Shown here in pieces: positions 29,255 through 39,092 of a DNA stretch of 64,000 bases. The notes beneath the pieces were generated by a model. It saw only the letters and a program-made list of their open reading frames with translations. It had not been told where the DNA came from and ran no database searches. This DNA comes from an uncultured delta proteobacterium (GTDB lineage: Bacteria; Desulfobacterota; Syntrophia; Syntrophales; UBA2185): positions 288,001 to 352,000 of the forward strand of contig CAVSPA010000006.1 in NCBI GenBank assembly GCA_963729715.1. Reading direction: 5' to 3'. The translations under genes and the position numbers were made by a program. Every line of letters starts with the position of its first letter. Within the stretch, counting starts at the first letter, position 1.

Positions 29255-30205
29255 ATGACAAAGCGTTTGTTCATAATACTATGCATTTTGTTAACCATTG
29301 CCGCTATGATCTGCTTTTATGCCTTGTCCGGCAGCAGGGTTTCTAAATCAGTATTGTCGTGGACCAAGGGTGTCAGCAAAGAAGATGATGCTTCACAATG
29401 GTTCAAGATAAGAAGAATGAAAAGAACAAGAGGTGTCGCGCTTGTAGTGCATGGCCTCAACTTGAGACCCGAAAGAATGCAATCCATCATAGCTGAACTC
29501 AATGACGAGCGAATCGATGTTCTTAACCTGTCACTCAGAGGCCATGGCAACAACTATTTGAAGAATATGAACGTCTCCATAGACGGAGCAAGACTGGAAT
29601 CTTTTCGGACCGTCACATACGGTCTATGGTCGGATGAGATTTATGAGGCTTATCTGAAAGTGAGAGATAGAGCCTCAAGAAAAAATGTCCCCACTTTTTT
29701 TATCGGCTATTCCCTCGGCGGGTTGATGGGTTGCGATCTTATCCTGTCACATCCTGATGTGTCTTATGACCGTATGGTTCTTTTCGCGCCCTCTTTAAAT
29801 ATGACAGTGGAAAGCTACCTTTTAAAGGCCCTGATGCCCTTTCCAAATATCGTTATAGACAGTTTATCTCCCGTATCTTATCGGGCAAACGAAGGTACAC
29901 CCATGGCGGCTTACAAGGCTTTAATCGAAGCCATTGAGCATTTTGAAAAAAATGTAAATGATAAAGTGAACAAGCCGACGCTCATCTTTATCGATGAAAA
30001 GGATGAATTTGTTTCTTCTTCGAAGCTGAAGGAAATGATTGCCCGGAGGAATCTTGACCACTGGCAAATTCATATCGTGCAGAAAGACAATGATATCGGA
30101 GAAAAAATCTCGCACCATTTAATCATTGACGGAGACAGCGTCGGTAGACAGATGTGGAAGCAAATCAAGGACGCCATAAAAAGGCATTTGAGCATCGGCG
30201 CTTGA
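29255..30205 (+). CDS. Membrane-anchored/exported alpha/beta hydrolase (lipase/lysophospholipase-like)
   Basis: N-terminal TM; VVHGLN, LRGHG, GYSLGG nucleophile elbow, candidate Asp (DE) and His (HHL). Confidence 0.85.
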   Translation: MTKRLFIILCILLTIAAMICFYALSGSRVSKSVLSWTKGVSKEDDASQWFKIRRMKRTRGVALVVHGLNLRPERMQSIIAELNDERIDVLNLSLRGHGNNYLKNMNVSIDGARLESFRTVTYGLWSDEIYEAYLKVRDRASRKNVPTFFIGYSLGGLMGCDLILSHPDVSYDRMVLFAPSLNMTVESYLLKALMPFPNIVIDSLSPVSYRANEGTPMAAYKALIEAIEHFEKNVNDKVNKPTLIFIDEKDEFVSSSKLKEMIARRNLDHWQIHIVQKDNDIGEKISHHLIIDGDSVGRQMWKQIKDAIKRHLSIGA

Positions 30206-30221
30206 ATCCGGCAGCGAGCGC

Positions 30222-30312
30222 ACTCCCCGTGGCGGGCCGCGGGGTAAGCGAGCGAATGGGTAACATTATTATTCCTCGAGGATAGAAGATTCTCCGCAAC
30301 TTGCTGCGGGAG
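30222..30312. repeat. Two-hairpin REP/PATE-like miniature element
   Basis: Hairpins CCCCGTGG/CCGCGGGG and CTCCGCA...TGCGGGAG separated by about 45 nt; single copy in the window. Confidence 0.35.
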
Positions 30313-30793
30313 ACCGAATCAGCCGTCCTCACTGCCGACCTATTTCATGATTTTTATCCGCCTTCAGTTCCATTAGATTTATTGGAATCATAATATAACT
30401 TTCATCTTCCTGTAATATTATCTTGTCATAAACTCACTAAGCCCTATTTTGGCGGAAATGTTTTTCGTACAAAAGCATGAGAAATCATGAAGAGTGAGTA
30501 AGCGGCATTATAAAAAGTAAAGGGGTTATAAAATGAAGGAGACAAAGAAGATATATATTTCTGATAATCAATGGCTGTTCCCGATGCAGGAATCCGGCCC
30601 TCTCGGGAACTTATTAAGGCCATTCAAGAGCGACGGCCGGAAGCAGGAAGAAGAGCAGTTGATAATGAACAAGGAACTCGCGGACGATCATTTGACTGCA
30701 ACTTACTGGGGATGACGAGGTAGTTGCCATGAAAACGCTGGGAAAAAACCGTTATATCGGCGGGAAATATAAACTTCCACGGGGAGAACAACG

Positions 30794-31657
30794 ATGTGGC
30801 GGGTTCGAGGTGAATTAATTAAGGAGGTGAAGAACTTGGCCGGATTTATGAGAATGTTCGCCGTGGGTCTTATCGGATTTCTTCTTATCACTACGTGGCC
30901 TGCGCATGCTGCCGATACGCTGGTTGTGAAGGGGTCGACAACGGTTTTTCCCATTGCCCAGGCGGCAGCCGACGCTTACATGCGTAACTATCCCAACATA
31001 AATGTCTCCGTTTCGGGCACCGGTTCAGGTCATGGAATAAAGGCACTGATCGACAAGACGACAGACATTGCCACTTCGTCACGTGATCTTAAAAAAGAGG
31101 AAATTGATATGGCCAGGGAAAGGGGTGTCAATCCAGTGGCCCATCGTGTTGCTATCGATGCAATTGTGCCGGTGGTACATCCTGCAAATCCGGTAAAGGA
31201 TCTAACGACAGAGCAATTGAATCTAATTTACCAGGGCAAGATTAAGAACTGGAGGGATGTGGGCGGGCCGAATAGAGGAGTAGTGGTGATATCGAGAGAC
31301 ACGAGCTCCGGCACGTATGATACATGGGAGGATAAAATCCTCCATAAGGCCACAGTAACCCCCAGGGCTCAATTGCAGGCGTCAAACGAGACGGTCGTTC
31401 ATGCTGTCTCCAAGAACAGGTACGCCATAGGTTATATTGGCATCGGATATCTGAGCAAGACTGTCAAGGGCCTCAAGGTAAATGGTGTTGAAGCTTCGGC
31501 GCAGACAGCACTCTCAGGGGAATATCCTATCTCGAGGCCTCTTTTCATGTTCACCGATGGTGAGCCGGGCGGGACGGCGGGTGATTTTGTAAGATTCGTG
31601 CTCAGCGCTGAAGGGCAGAAAATTGTTGAGAAGGAAGGGTTCGTACCCTTAAAATAG
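30794..31657 (+). CDS. pstS: PstS-family phosphate-binding protein (second, stand-alone copy)
   Basis: KGSTTVFP, GTGSGHG, SRDTSSGT, YPISRPL; strongly similar to 52112..52963; true start probably TTG 30836 after AAGGAGGT. Confidence 0.9.
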   Translation: MWRVRGELIKEVKNLAGFMRMFAVGLIGFLLITTWPAHAADTLVVKGSTTVFPIAQAAADAYMRNYPNINVSVSGTGSGHGIKALIDKTTDIATSSRDLKKEEIDMARERGVNPVAHRVAIDAIVPVVHPANPVKDLTTEQLNLIYQGKIKNWRDVGGPNRGVVVISRDTSSGTYDTWEDKILHKATVTPRAQLQASNETVVHAVSKNRYAIGYIGIGYLSKTVKGLKVNGVEASAQTALSGEYPISRPLFMFTDGEPGGTAGDFVRFVLSAEGQKIVEKEGFVPLK

Positions 31658-31685
31658 CTGAATTGCACCATCGGAATATCCTGTC

Positions 31686-34600
31686 ATGTCACTGCGCAAG
31701 AAGACGTTCATCATTACCGGCATCACCTTCATTGGCCTCATCGTTATCTTATTCATAATACCTTCGATGATCACCAAGGAAGGCTTCACCGATATTGAAA
31801 GCAAAGAAATCCGCAAGGATGTTGAGATAGCGCTGAATGTCATCGAAAATGAAAAATCAGCCCTTGATGACACAGCCTATGACTTTGCCACATGGGATGA
31901 GACTTATACCTTTGTTAATAATGGAAACAAAGCCTACGTCAGGGCCAATCTTCGTGATTCCACCTTTTCCAAACTCAGGGTTAATTACATTCTCTTCGTT
32001 GACGTTTCAGGCAGGATCATCTTCGGAAAGAGCTTTGATTTAAGGCATGGCGGGGAGACGCCCTTCCCAAGGGATCTGCAGGAAAGAATGGCCGCGAACG
32101 ATATACTGACGAAGCATGCCAGTGCTGAAAAGAGCATTACAGGAGTCATGCTTTTTCCTGACGGACCAATGATAGTAGCGTCGCGGCCGATTTTGACGAG
32201 CGAAGGGATGGGACCCATCCGCGGGACGCTGATCATGGGACGCAGCCTTGATTATTTCAGGGTAAAGCAGTTTGCCAAAATGACTAATTTGTCTCTTGTC
32301 ATGCATAAGGCGGACGACGAACACATGCCTCCTGACATGAAGGCAATCAATCCGTTGTTGTCGGAGGGTAAGCCGGTCATCCTGAGGCCGCTGAACGAAG
32401 ATATCATTGCCGGATACGCTCTGGTAAGAGATATCTTTGGCAAGCCTGCTCTTCTCTTGCGAGTGGATCAGCCGAGAATAATCCACAAGGAGGGACAAGC
32501 CACACTACGCTATCTTCTGATCTCGCTTTTTGTCATTGCCTTTGTTTTCAGCCTTGTAACCATTGTGCTTCTCGAAAAGTCAGTCTTGCGGAGACTCACC
32601 CGGCTGAGCAACGACGTCAGACAGATAGCCTCCGCCGGAAATTTTTCAAGGCGGGTCTCACCCATAGGAAGCGATGAATTGTCAAATCTTGCATGTGAAA
32701 TAAATGGCATGCTCGGGAAACTCGAAGAGGCAGAAAAATTCAGGGAGGAAACAAATGAGGCGCGCTACCGCGCTGTTGTCGAAGATCAGACGGAGCTGAT
32801 CTGCCGCTACCTGCCTGACGGGACGATCGCCTTTGTTAATGATGCGTGCTGCCGATATTATGATAAGGATAAGAGTAATTTCTTAGGCCTGAACTTCATT
32901 TCCCTTATTCCGGAAGAATATGAAAAGTTCACTGAAAGAATAGCGTCCTTCAGCACGCAAAATCCAGTAACGAAGACGGAATATCAAATCTTGACGCCCA
33001 ACAGGGAAGTCCGATGGCAGCAATGGACGGACCGGGCGATATTTGATCAAAAAGGTCAAGTTATCGAGTTCCAATCTGTAGGACGCGATATCACCGACAT
33101 TAAACAGGCTGAGGGGGCATTGAAGCATCTTGTGGAACTGGAGAACCTTCTCACCATCATATCCACTAATTTCATAAACCTTGCTGCAGAAGACATCGAT
33201 ATCGGCATCGACCAGGCATTGCAGAAGATTGGGAGGCTGGTGGGCGCAGACAGAAGCAAAGTGTTTCTATCCATGGATGATGGCAAGACAGTATACAATA
33301 CCCATGAATGGTGTAGAGAGGGGATAGAACCACAGATTGAGGACCTGCAGGACATTTCCGTCGCCGATGTCATGCCGTGGGCCTACGATAGAATCAGGAG
33401 ACATGAAGTCCTTCATATGCCTAGTATTGCAGATCTGCCGCCGGAGGCTGATTCGGAAAGGAGAATGTTCGAGGCGCGGCGTATCCGTTCTCTTATAAGG
33501 GTGCCTATGCTATCGCGCGGATCATTGGTCGGGCTCCTGGGATTTGATTCTGTTGATGAGGAAAAGAGATGGCCGGAGGATATCATCGTCGTGCTAAAGA
33601 TAGTGAGTTCCATTTTCGTTAATGCCTTGGAGCGAAAGCGCACGGAAGAGGCGCTGCGAAAAAGCGAAAAAGGACTCCGTCAGGCTCAGAAGATGGAAGC
33701 CATCGGCACCCTGGCCGGGGGCATTGCCCATGATTTTAATAATATCCTGGGCGCTATACTCGGTCTAACGGAAATGACATTGTATGAATGCCGCGAGGCT
33801 TCACAGAAGCGACGGTTGGAACAGGTCATCAAGGCCTGTGACCGGGCCAAAAATCTGGTTAATCATATTCTTACTTTCAGCCGCCAGGGTGAGCAGGAAA
33901 GGAGGCCCGTTGATATGGGCGTCATAATCAAAGAGGCCCTCAATCTGCTGAGAGCTTCGCTTCCGTCCACGATAAGCATCTCCTCTGATATTCCATCTAA
34001 CTCGAACACTGTTTTGGCGGACCCTACGCAGCTTCACCAAATCATGATGAATTTATGCACTAATGCGGCGCATGCCATGCGAGAAAAGGGCGGAGTTATG
34101 AGCATCAGCCTTGAAGGTGTGGACATCGATTCTATGGCGCTGTCCTCCACTCCAGACCTTAAACCGGGGCCTTACGTAAGACTGCTTGTGAGCGACACAG
34201 GTCACGGCATTGCCCCAGCCGTCATAGACCGCATCTTTGATCCTTTCTTTACAACGAAAAAAACCGGGGAAGGAACGGGCTTGGGACTTTCAGTGGTGTA
34301 CGGTATTGTTAAAAGCTATGGCGGGACAATCAATGTTTATAGCGAGCCGGGGATCGGAACGACCTTCAAGGTTTATCTGCCAAAGATTGAAACCAGCACC
34401 GCTGTAGAAACCAAGTCGATAGAGCCAATCCCCGGAGGAAAGGAACATATACTCTTCGTTGATGATGAGGAGATGCTCGCTGAGACCGGAAGGGAAATGG
34501 TTCAATATCTCGGCTATACCGTGGCCGCCAGGACGAGCAGCATCGAAGCCTTGGAAGCTTTTCGTGCACAACCGGATCGATTTGATATGGTCATTACGGA

Positions 34601-34835
34601 CATGACGATGCCCAACATGACGGGGGTTGAGCTTGCCAGGGAAATCCATCGTGTCCGGTCGGACATCCCTATTATCATATGTACGGGCTTCAGTGAGTTT
34701 ATTAATGAAGCGGAAGCAGGAAGGCTGGGTATCCAGAAGCTTCTCATGAAACCGCTCTTCTTGAAAGACCTCGCTCTTGCAATGAGAGATATATTAGATA
34801 AAGAAAAGAACTCCGCTGAGACTGAGACCTGTTAA
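31686..34835 (+). CDS. Hybrid sensor kinase CHASE4-HAMP-PAS-GAF-HisKA-HATPase-REC
   Basis: DFATWDETY (CHASE4), two TM helices, AHDFNN H-box, GTGLGL, C-terminal REC. Confidence 0.9.
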   Translation: MSLRKKTFIITGITFIGLIVILFIIPSMITKEGFTDIESKEIRKDVEIALNVIENEKSALDDTAYDFATWDETYTFVNNGNKAYVRANLRDSTFSKLRVNYILFVDVSGRIIFGKSFDLRHGGETPFPRDLQERMAANDILTKHASAEKSITGVMLFPDGPMIVASRPILTSEGMGPIRGTLIMGRSLDYFRVKQFAKMTNLSLVMHKADDEHMPPDMKAINPLLSEGKPVILRPLNEDIIAGYALVRDIFGKPALLLRVDQPRIIHKEGQATLRYLLISLFVIAFVFSLVTIVLLEKSVLRRLTRLSNDVRQIASAGNFSRRVSPIGSDELSNLACEINGMLGKLEEAEKFREETNEARYRAVVEDQTELICRYLPDGTIAFVNDACCRYYDKDKSNFLGLNFISLIPEEYEKFTERIASFSTQNPVTKTEYQILTPNREVRWQQWTDRAIFDQKGQVIEFQSVGRDITDIKQAEGALKHLVELENLLTIISTNFINLAAEDIDIGIDQALQKIGRLVGADRSKVFLSMDDGKTVYNTHEWCREGIEPQIEDLQDISVADVMPWAYDRIRRHEVLHMPSIADLPPEADSERRMFEARRIRSLIRVPMLSRGSLVGLLGFDSVDEEKRWPEDIIVVLKIVSSIFVNALERKRTEEALRKSEKGLRQAQKMEAIGTLAGGIAHDFNNILGAILGLTEMTLYECREASQKRRLEQVIKACDRAKNLVNHILTFSRQGEQERRPVDMGVIIKEALNLLRASLPSTISISSDIPSNSNTVLADPTQLHQIMMNLCTNAAHAMREKGGVMSISLEGVDIDSMALSSTPDLKPGPYVRLLVSDTGHGIAPAVIDRIFDPFFTTKKTGEGTGLGLSVVYGIVKSYGGTINVYSEPGIGTTFKVYLPKIETSTAVETKSIEPIPGGKEHILFVDDEEMLAETGREMVQYLGYTVAARTSSIEALEAFRAQPDRFDMVITDMTMPNMTGVELAREIHRVRSDIPIIICTGFSEFINEAEAGRLGIQKLLMKPLFLKDLALAMRDILDKEKNSAETETC

Positions 34836-34909
34836 TCCTTTAGCGTAATTCATAATGACGCCGCTTCCGATTGTTTATTTTTCCTATACAGGCCCCACCT
34901 CTCGAGCTC

Positions 34910-35503
34910 CTACTCATTTTTTTTGAGAGCTTCTTCGACCGGGGTGAGACGCGACACGATACTCCGGGAAAAGATTATTGCGAGGAGTATCGAAGGAAGG
35001 ACGATGATGAACAGCGTCAGGTATATGACATGATACAGTTGATTAAGAGACTCCGTGACTTCTGCAAGCGGACGGGCCAGCCGGACGTAACCCTTGACCG
35101 CAGTGTTATCTTTGATGGGAAGGGCGACATAGAGCATACTTTCCTGAAGCGTTGCACTGAATCGCGCAGCTTTGCCATAGCCCGTTGTCGCGGCTTGCTG
35201 TATTTCGGGACGGTTCAGGTGATTATCCATTTTTGCCGCATCTGCCTGGGAATCCGATATGACCTGTCCTGACTGATCGATTAGCGTCACCCGCATGTTT
35301 GACTCTTTGGCAATTTCCGGAACATGACGTGCAATGTTTTCCTCGGGCATAAGGGTGATGATCCTTGCTATGCCTGACATTTCATTCTCGATGTTCTGAG
35401 TAACTATGTCACGGATCTTCGGGGTGAGAAAAAAGTCCAGGACGGCGACCATCAGAAAGACCAGGATCAGATACGAGGAGAATATTGCTAAGAATCGTTT
35501 CAT
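34910..35503 (-). CDS. PhoR-like sensor module only (TM-periplasmic domain-TM), no kinase domain
   Basis: RVTLID...DS...MDNHLNRPEIQQA...MLYVA...GYVRLARPL parallels the N-terminus of PhoR at 56334. Confidence 0.8.
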   Translation of the reverse strand: MKRFLAIFSSYLILVFLMVAVLDFFLTPKIRDIVTQNIENEMSGIARIITLMPEENIARHVPEIAKESNMRVTLIDQSGQVISDSQADAAKMDNHLNRPEIQQAATTGYGKAARFSATLQESMLYVALPIKDNTAVKGYVRLARPLAEVTESLNQLYHVIYLTLFIIVLPSILLAIIFSRSIVSRLTPVEEALKKNE

Positions 35504-35581
35504 ATTATAACCCCCTTCAATCTAGAAGTATCTATATAATCACTATATCACCGGTGCTAATTTGGAAAGATATAAAACGAA

Positions 35582-36583
35582 CTAACTAATTGCAAGCAAA
35601 GAAAGATACAGTGCCGCTGCGATTAATCCCGATATGGGTATTGTTAAAACCCAAGCCCAGATGATATTTCCCGCAATTCCCCAACGGACGGCCGTCAATC
35701 GCTTTGTCGCTCCCACCCCCATAATTGCTCCCGTAATCGTGTGGGTCGTGCTCACAGGAATGCCTGCTAAAGAAGCGCCAATGATAGAAATGGCAGCAGC
35801 AGTTTCTGCACAGAAACCTCCCATGGGTTGAAGTTTCGTAATCTTTGTTCCCATTGTCTTAACAATCCGCCATCCCCCCGAAATTGTTCCCAATGCAATA
35901 ACCAGATAACAAACAAACTCAACCCAATAAGGGATATAAAAAGTAGAGCCCAGGTAGCCGCTGCTGAAAAGAACGACAGCAATAATTCCCATAGTCTTCT
36001 GAGCATCGTTCATACCATGGCTGATACTGAAAACAGCCGCAGAAAACAACTGGAACTTCCTGAACATACTGCCTGCACCAGCTACTGAAAAATATCGGGA
36101 GGAATTCAAGGTCAAAGTCATTAAAATTAATCCGAGGGCCAGGCCGATGAGGGGGGAAAGAATGATGAAACTCGCCGTCTTGATGATCCCCTTCCAAACC
36201 AGAACCTCTGTTCCTCCTTTCAGGAGGCCGGTTCCGATCAGGCCGCCGATGAGGGCATGGGAGGAACTGCTCGGCAGCCCCAGCCGCCAGGTAATGAGGT
36301 TCCAAATTATGGCGCCTCCTAAAGCGGAGAAAATAAGTAGGTTGTCCACAATTCGAGGACTGATAATCCCCGTACCGACAGTCTTTGCCACCTGTGCGCC
36401 AATAAAGAAGACAGCCACGAAGTTGAATAAGGCCGCCCACATAACGGCATATTGGGGACTCAGTACACGGGTCGAAACGACCGTGGCAATTGAATTTGCG
36501 GCATCATGAAAGCCGTTAATAAAATCAAAGACGAGGGCGATGAAAACGATGATAATAACGGAAATTAGGGGGTAACTATCCAT
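35582..36583 (-). CDS. pit: PiT-family inorganic phosphate transporter
   Basis: GFHDAANS, PSSSSHA, HGMNDAQK, PVSTTH. Confidence 0.95.
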   Translation of the reverse strand: MDSYPLISVIIIVFIALVFDFINGFHDAANSIATVVSTRVLSPQYAVMWAALFNFVAVFFIGAQVAKTVGTGIISPRIVDNLLIFSALGGAIIWNLITWRLGLPSSSSHALIGGLIGTGLLKGGTEVLVWKGIIKTASFIILSPLIGLALGLILMTLTLNSSRYFSVAGAGSMFRKFQLFSAAVFSISHGMNDAQKTMGIIAVVLFSSGYLGSTFYIPYWVEFVCYLVIALGTISGGWRIVKTMGTKITKLQPMGGFCAETAAAISIIGASLAGIPVSTTHTITGAIMGVGATKRLTAVRWGIAGNIIWAWVLTIPISGLIAAALYLSLLAIS

Positions 36584-36981
36584 GTATTCGAGCCATCATT
36601 TCCTCTGCCATTGAGCCGTCATCAGTTGCATCAATATCACCCGTCATGCATAGGCGCGGCTCATCTATCACAGTTCTTCGCTGATAGTCAACGAGCAATC
36701 ATCACCTGAAACAGTAAAGTGCCAGAATTCATCTGGAATGGCCGTATCCCTTGATTCAGCGCAGATACTGGTCATGTTTATCATGAACTTTGATTTCGAG
36801 TTCATTGTGCAATGTTATCCCTTGCGTCCGTATCTTCAGAGTAGTTTAAAGCTATCATTATCCTCTCCCTTAATTATCATTGCCTTCCATAGACAATTCC
36901 GCCGTAGATGCTTATACTACTGGCAATGCTAAAATCTTTCCAGATTGTATTTTGCGAATTAATCAAGAGTGAGAGGTATAG

Positions 36982-37194
36982 ATGGTTATGGCATTGGTCT
37001 TAGCTGGCGAGGATAACGAGAAGAAAATCCATCTGAACTCCATCGAGATACTGGCAAGAGAACTCCACAAAGCAACAGGAGAGTTAGCTCCGATTTACAC
37101 GAGGATACTTGATGATTTGCAAAAGCAGGCGCGTGTGAAGATATTTCTGCATATCCTTGTGAGCAAGAAGGTCAAGGAGCTTATAAGGAATTGA
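36982..37194 (+). CDS. Small helical protein (DUF3562-like)
   Basis: GAGG RBS; ARVKIFLHILVSKKVKE resembles the ARVxxFxxxL three-helix-bundle signature. Confidence 0.55.
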   Translation: MVMALVLAGEDNEKKIHLNSIEILARELHKATGELAPIYTRILDDLQKQARVKIFLHILVSKKVKELIRN

Positions 37195-37285
37195 GAAGAT
37201 TCTCGGAGGGCGTGGATGTGTGGAATGATGAACCCCATAAATAAGAAGATGTAAGTAACAAGCTGGTATTCCCGAAAGGACGCTG

Positions 37286-38170
37286 ATGAAAATCAATTCT
37301 AAACATTTCCTGGTCCCGGCAGGAGAAAAAGTCAAACTCAAACGGTGGCCGACTCTGGTCAAGCCCTGCTACAAGTCAAAGGAGCACTATAAGGAAATCC
37401 TGGCTGAACACATCTCGGAACTGAGTGAGCTGCAGAGTCTGCTCTATGCTTACAATCGTTATTCGGTGCTGCTGGTTTTTCAAGGCATGGACGCCGCCGG
37501 TAAAGACAGCGCCATCAAACACGTGATGTCCGGCGTGAATCCGCAAGGCTGCGAGGTTTTCACTTTCAAGCAGCCGAGTGATGAAGACCTGAAGCACGAT
37601 TTTCTATGGCGCGCGATTTGCCGTCTGCCCGAACGCGGTCGGATCGGCATCTTCAACCGTTCCTATTACGAAGAAGTGCTGATCGTTCGTGTGCATCCGC
37701 AAATTCTTCACGACGAAGGGCTACCGGATGATTTGCCGGACGAAAAGACGATTTGGGAGGAGCGGTATCGTTCCATCGTGGACTTGGAGAAGCATCTCCA
37801 CCGCAACGGCACACGGATCGTGAAGTTCTTCCTTCACCTGTCGAAGAACGAGCAGCGAAAGCGATTCCTCGAGCGCATTGATGAGCCGGGAAAAAACTGG
37901 AAATTCAGCCTCTCGGACATTAACGAGAGGAACTACTGGAAGCATTACATGAAGGCTTATGAGGCTTGCCTTACCGCGACAAGCACCGATCACGCGCCCT
38001 GGCACGTCGTTCCCGCCGATGACAAGGAGAATGCACGGTTGATTATTTCCCAGATTTTCCTTGATGCGCTCAATGAACTTAAGATGGCATATCCCAAGAC
38101 CACCGCGAAACGTCGGCGTGAACTGAAATCTATTCGCAAACTGCTTTCAACACAAGACCATGACCAATAA
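37286..38170 (+). CDS. ppk2: Polyphosphate kinase 2 family, single-domain (class III-like)
   Basis: [35 protein letters not shown]. Confidence 0.92.
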   Translation: MKINSKHFLVPAGEKVKLKRWPTLVKPCYKSKEHYKEILAEHISELSELQSLLYAYNRYSVLLVFQGMDAAGKDSAIKHVMSGVNPQGCEVFTFKQPSDEDLKHDFLWRAICRLPERGRIGIFNRSYYEEVLIVRVHPQILHDEGLPDDLPDEKTIWEERYRSIVDLEKHLHRNGTRIVKFFLHLSKNEQRKRFLERIDEPGKNWKFSLSDINERNYWKHYMKAYEACLTATSTDHAPWHVVPADDKENARLIISQIFLDALNELKMAYPKTTAKRRRELKSIRKLLSTQDHDQ

Positions 38171-38193
38171 ACAAACGTCGCCGATTTTTTTTC

Positions 38194-38499
38194 CTATCGT
38201 TCCATGCCGATATCATACCCGAGCTTTGTCTCCTTTTCTCGGAGTTTTCGGATTGCTTTCCTGAAGTGCACATACCGCCTCGCCGATTCGACTATGAGAA
38301 GGACGCCCAGGATAATAAAGACCAGCCCTGCGCAAAAATAGAAGAGACCGCTCAGAAACTTCATTACAGCGAGACCTACGGATGTGAAGGCCAGGCCTGT
38401 CTGCATGTATGAATGCATGGTCCTCTCGCGTGAGAGGAGGGTTTGTTCCTCCATGAGGAGCAGTTTGATATCGCCGTTGCTCTCCGTATCGCGCACCAT
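38194..38499 (-). CDS. DUF202/YidH-family small membrane protein
   Basis: LSRERT...QTGL followed by 2 TM helices. Confidence 0.8.
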   Translation of the reverse strand: MVRDTESNGDIKLLLMEEQTLLSRERTMHSYMQTGLAFTSVGLAVMKFLSGLFYFCAGLVFIILGVLLIVESARRYVHFRKAIRKLREKETKLGYDIGMER

Positions 38500-38607
38500 C
38501 CTTTCAATTTCAGATATTTATTTCATAAAGAATAAAATCCGAAATTACCTGCCTACCGAAGCCTCGAAAGAGCGGAGTTCGGTCGGGTGAATTAGTAGAC
38601 GTTTAAC

Positions 38608-39054
38608 TCAAATTCTTTCATCAAGTTTGTTCATTAATAGGCTCGCCAGGTAAATTAAGTGTTTAGCTCCCCTCTCTTTGAGGTCTAAATTATGATGGGC
38701 CTTGGGGTTTCTTATACCAATCATGGCCCCCGCAAAAATTACCATGTATCCTTCTTGGATATTTCGCCCAGATTCAGTGGAAAGATCATCAAGAACGATT
38801 AGAGGATTACTGGGCGAAAAGGCTGTACGCATAAGCGATGCGCCGTCTAATTCTCTGTTAATCTTTCTTCTAACAATCTCTTTAACACAATTGTGCACCT
38901 CTTTTAGGGCTGCTTCAACGGCATCTGTATAATGCAAGCTTTCATAGCGACTCTTGGCCACAGAAGCTATTTTGGGATGAATGTCATCACAAAAATTATC
39001 TGGTAAAATTTCCCCCTCAATATCTCGACCAATGTCTTCTTGTTTTTCTTCCAC
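38608..39054 (-). CDS. TIGR02391-family protein
   Basis: HPKI...YTDAVEAALK, DGASLM, GIRNPKAH. Confidence 0.8.
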   Translation of the reverse strand: MEEKQEDIGRDIEGEILPDNFCDDIHPKIASVAKSRYESLHYTDAVEAALKEVHNCVKEIVRRKINRELDGASLMRTAFSPSNPLIVLDDLSTESGRNIQEGYMVIFAGAMIGIRNPKAHHNLDLKERGAKHLIYLASLLMNKLDERI

Positions 39055-39092
39055 AATTCCTATGAGCGACTGCGATTTAATAATTGCCTCCT

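Noticed and set aside
30390..30443. Possible sixth Pho box (ATAATA/TTCATC/GTAATA/TTGTCA at 11-bp period) upstream of the second pstS
   Set aside because: Degenerate hexamers, -10 position reads TAAGCC, and it lies about 400 bp from the start; too weak to call
30533..30715. 60-aa ORF upstream of the second pstS
   Set aside because: Has an RBS-like sequence but no recognisable features; cannot be supported
38551..38588. GAAA-capped hairpin resembling group II intron domain V or an RNA motif
   Set aside because: Lacks the DV consensus context, and no reverse transcriptase is nearby
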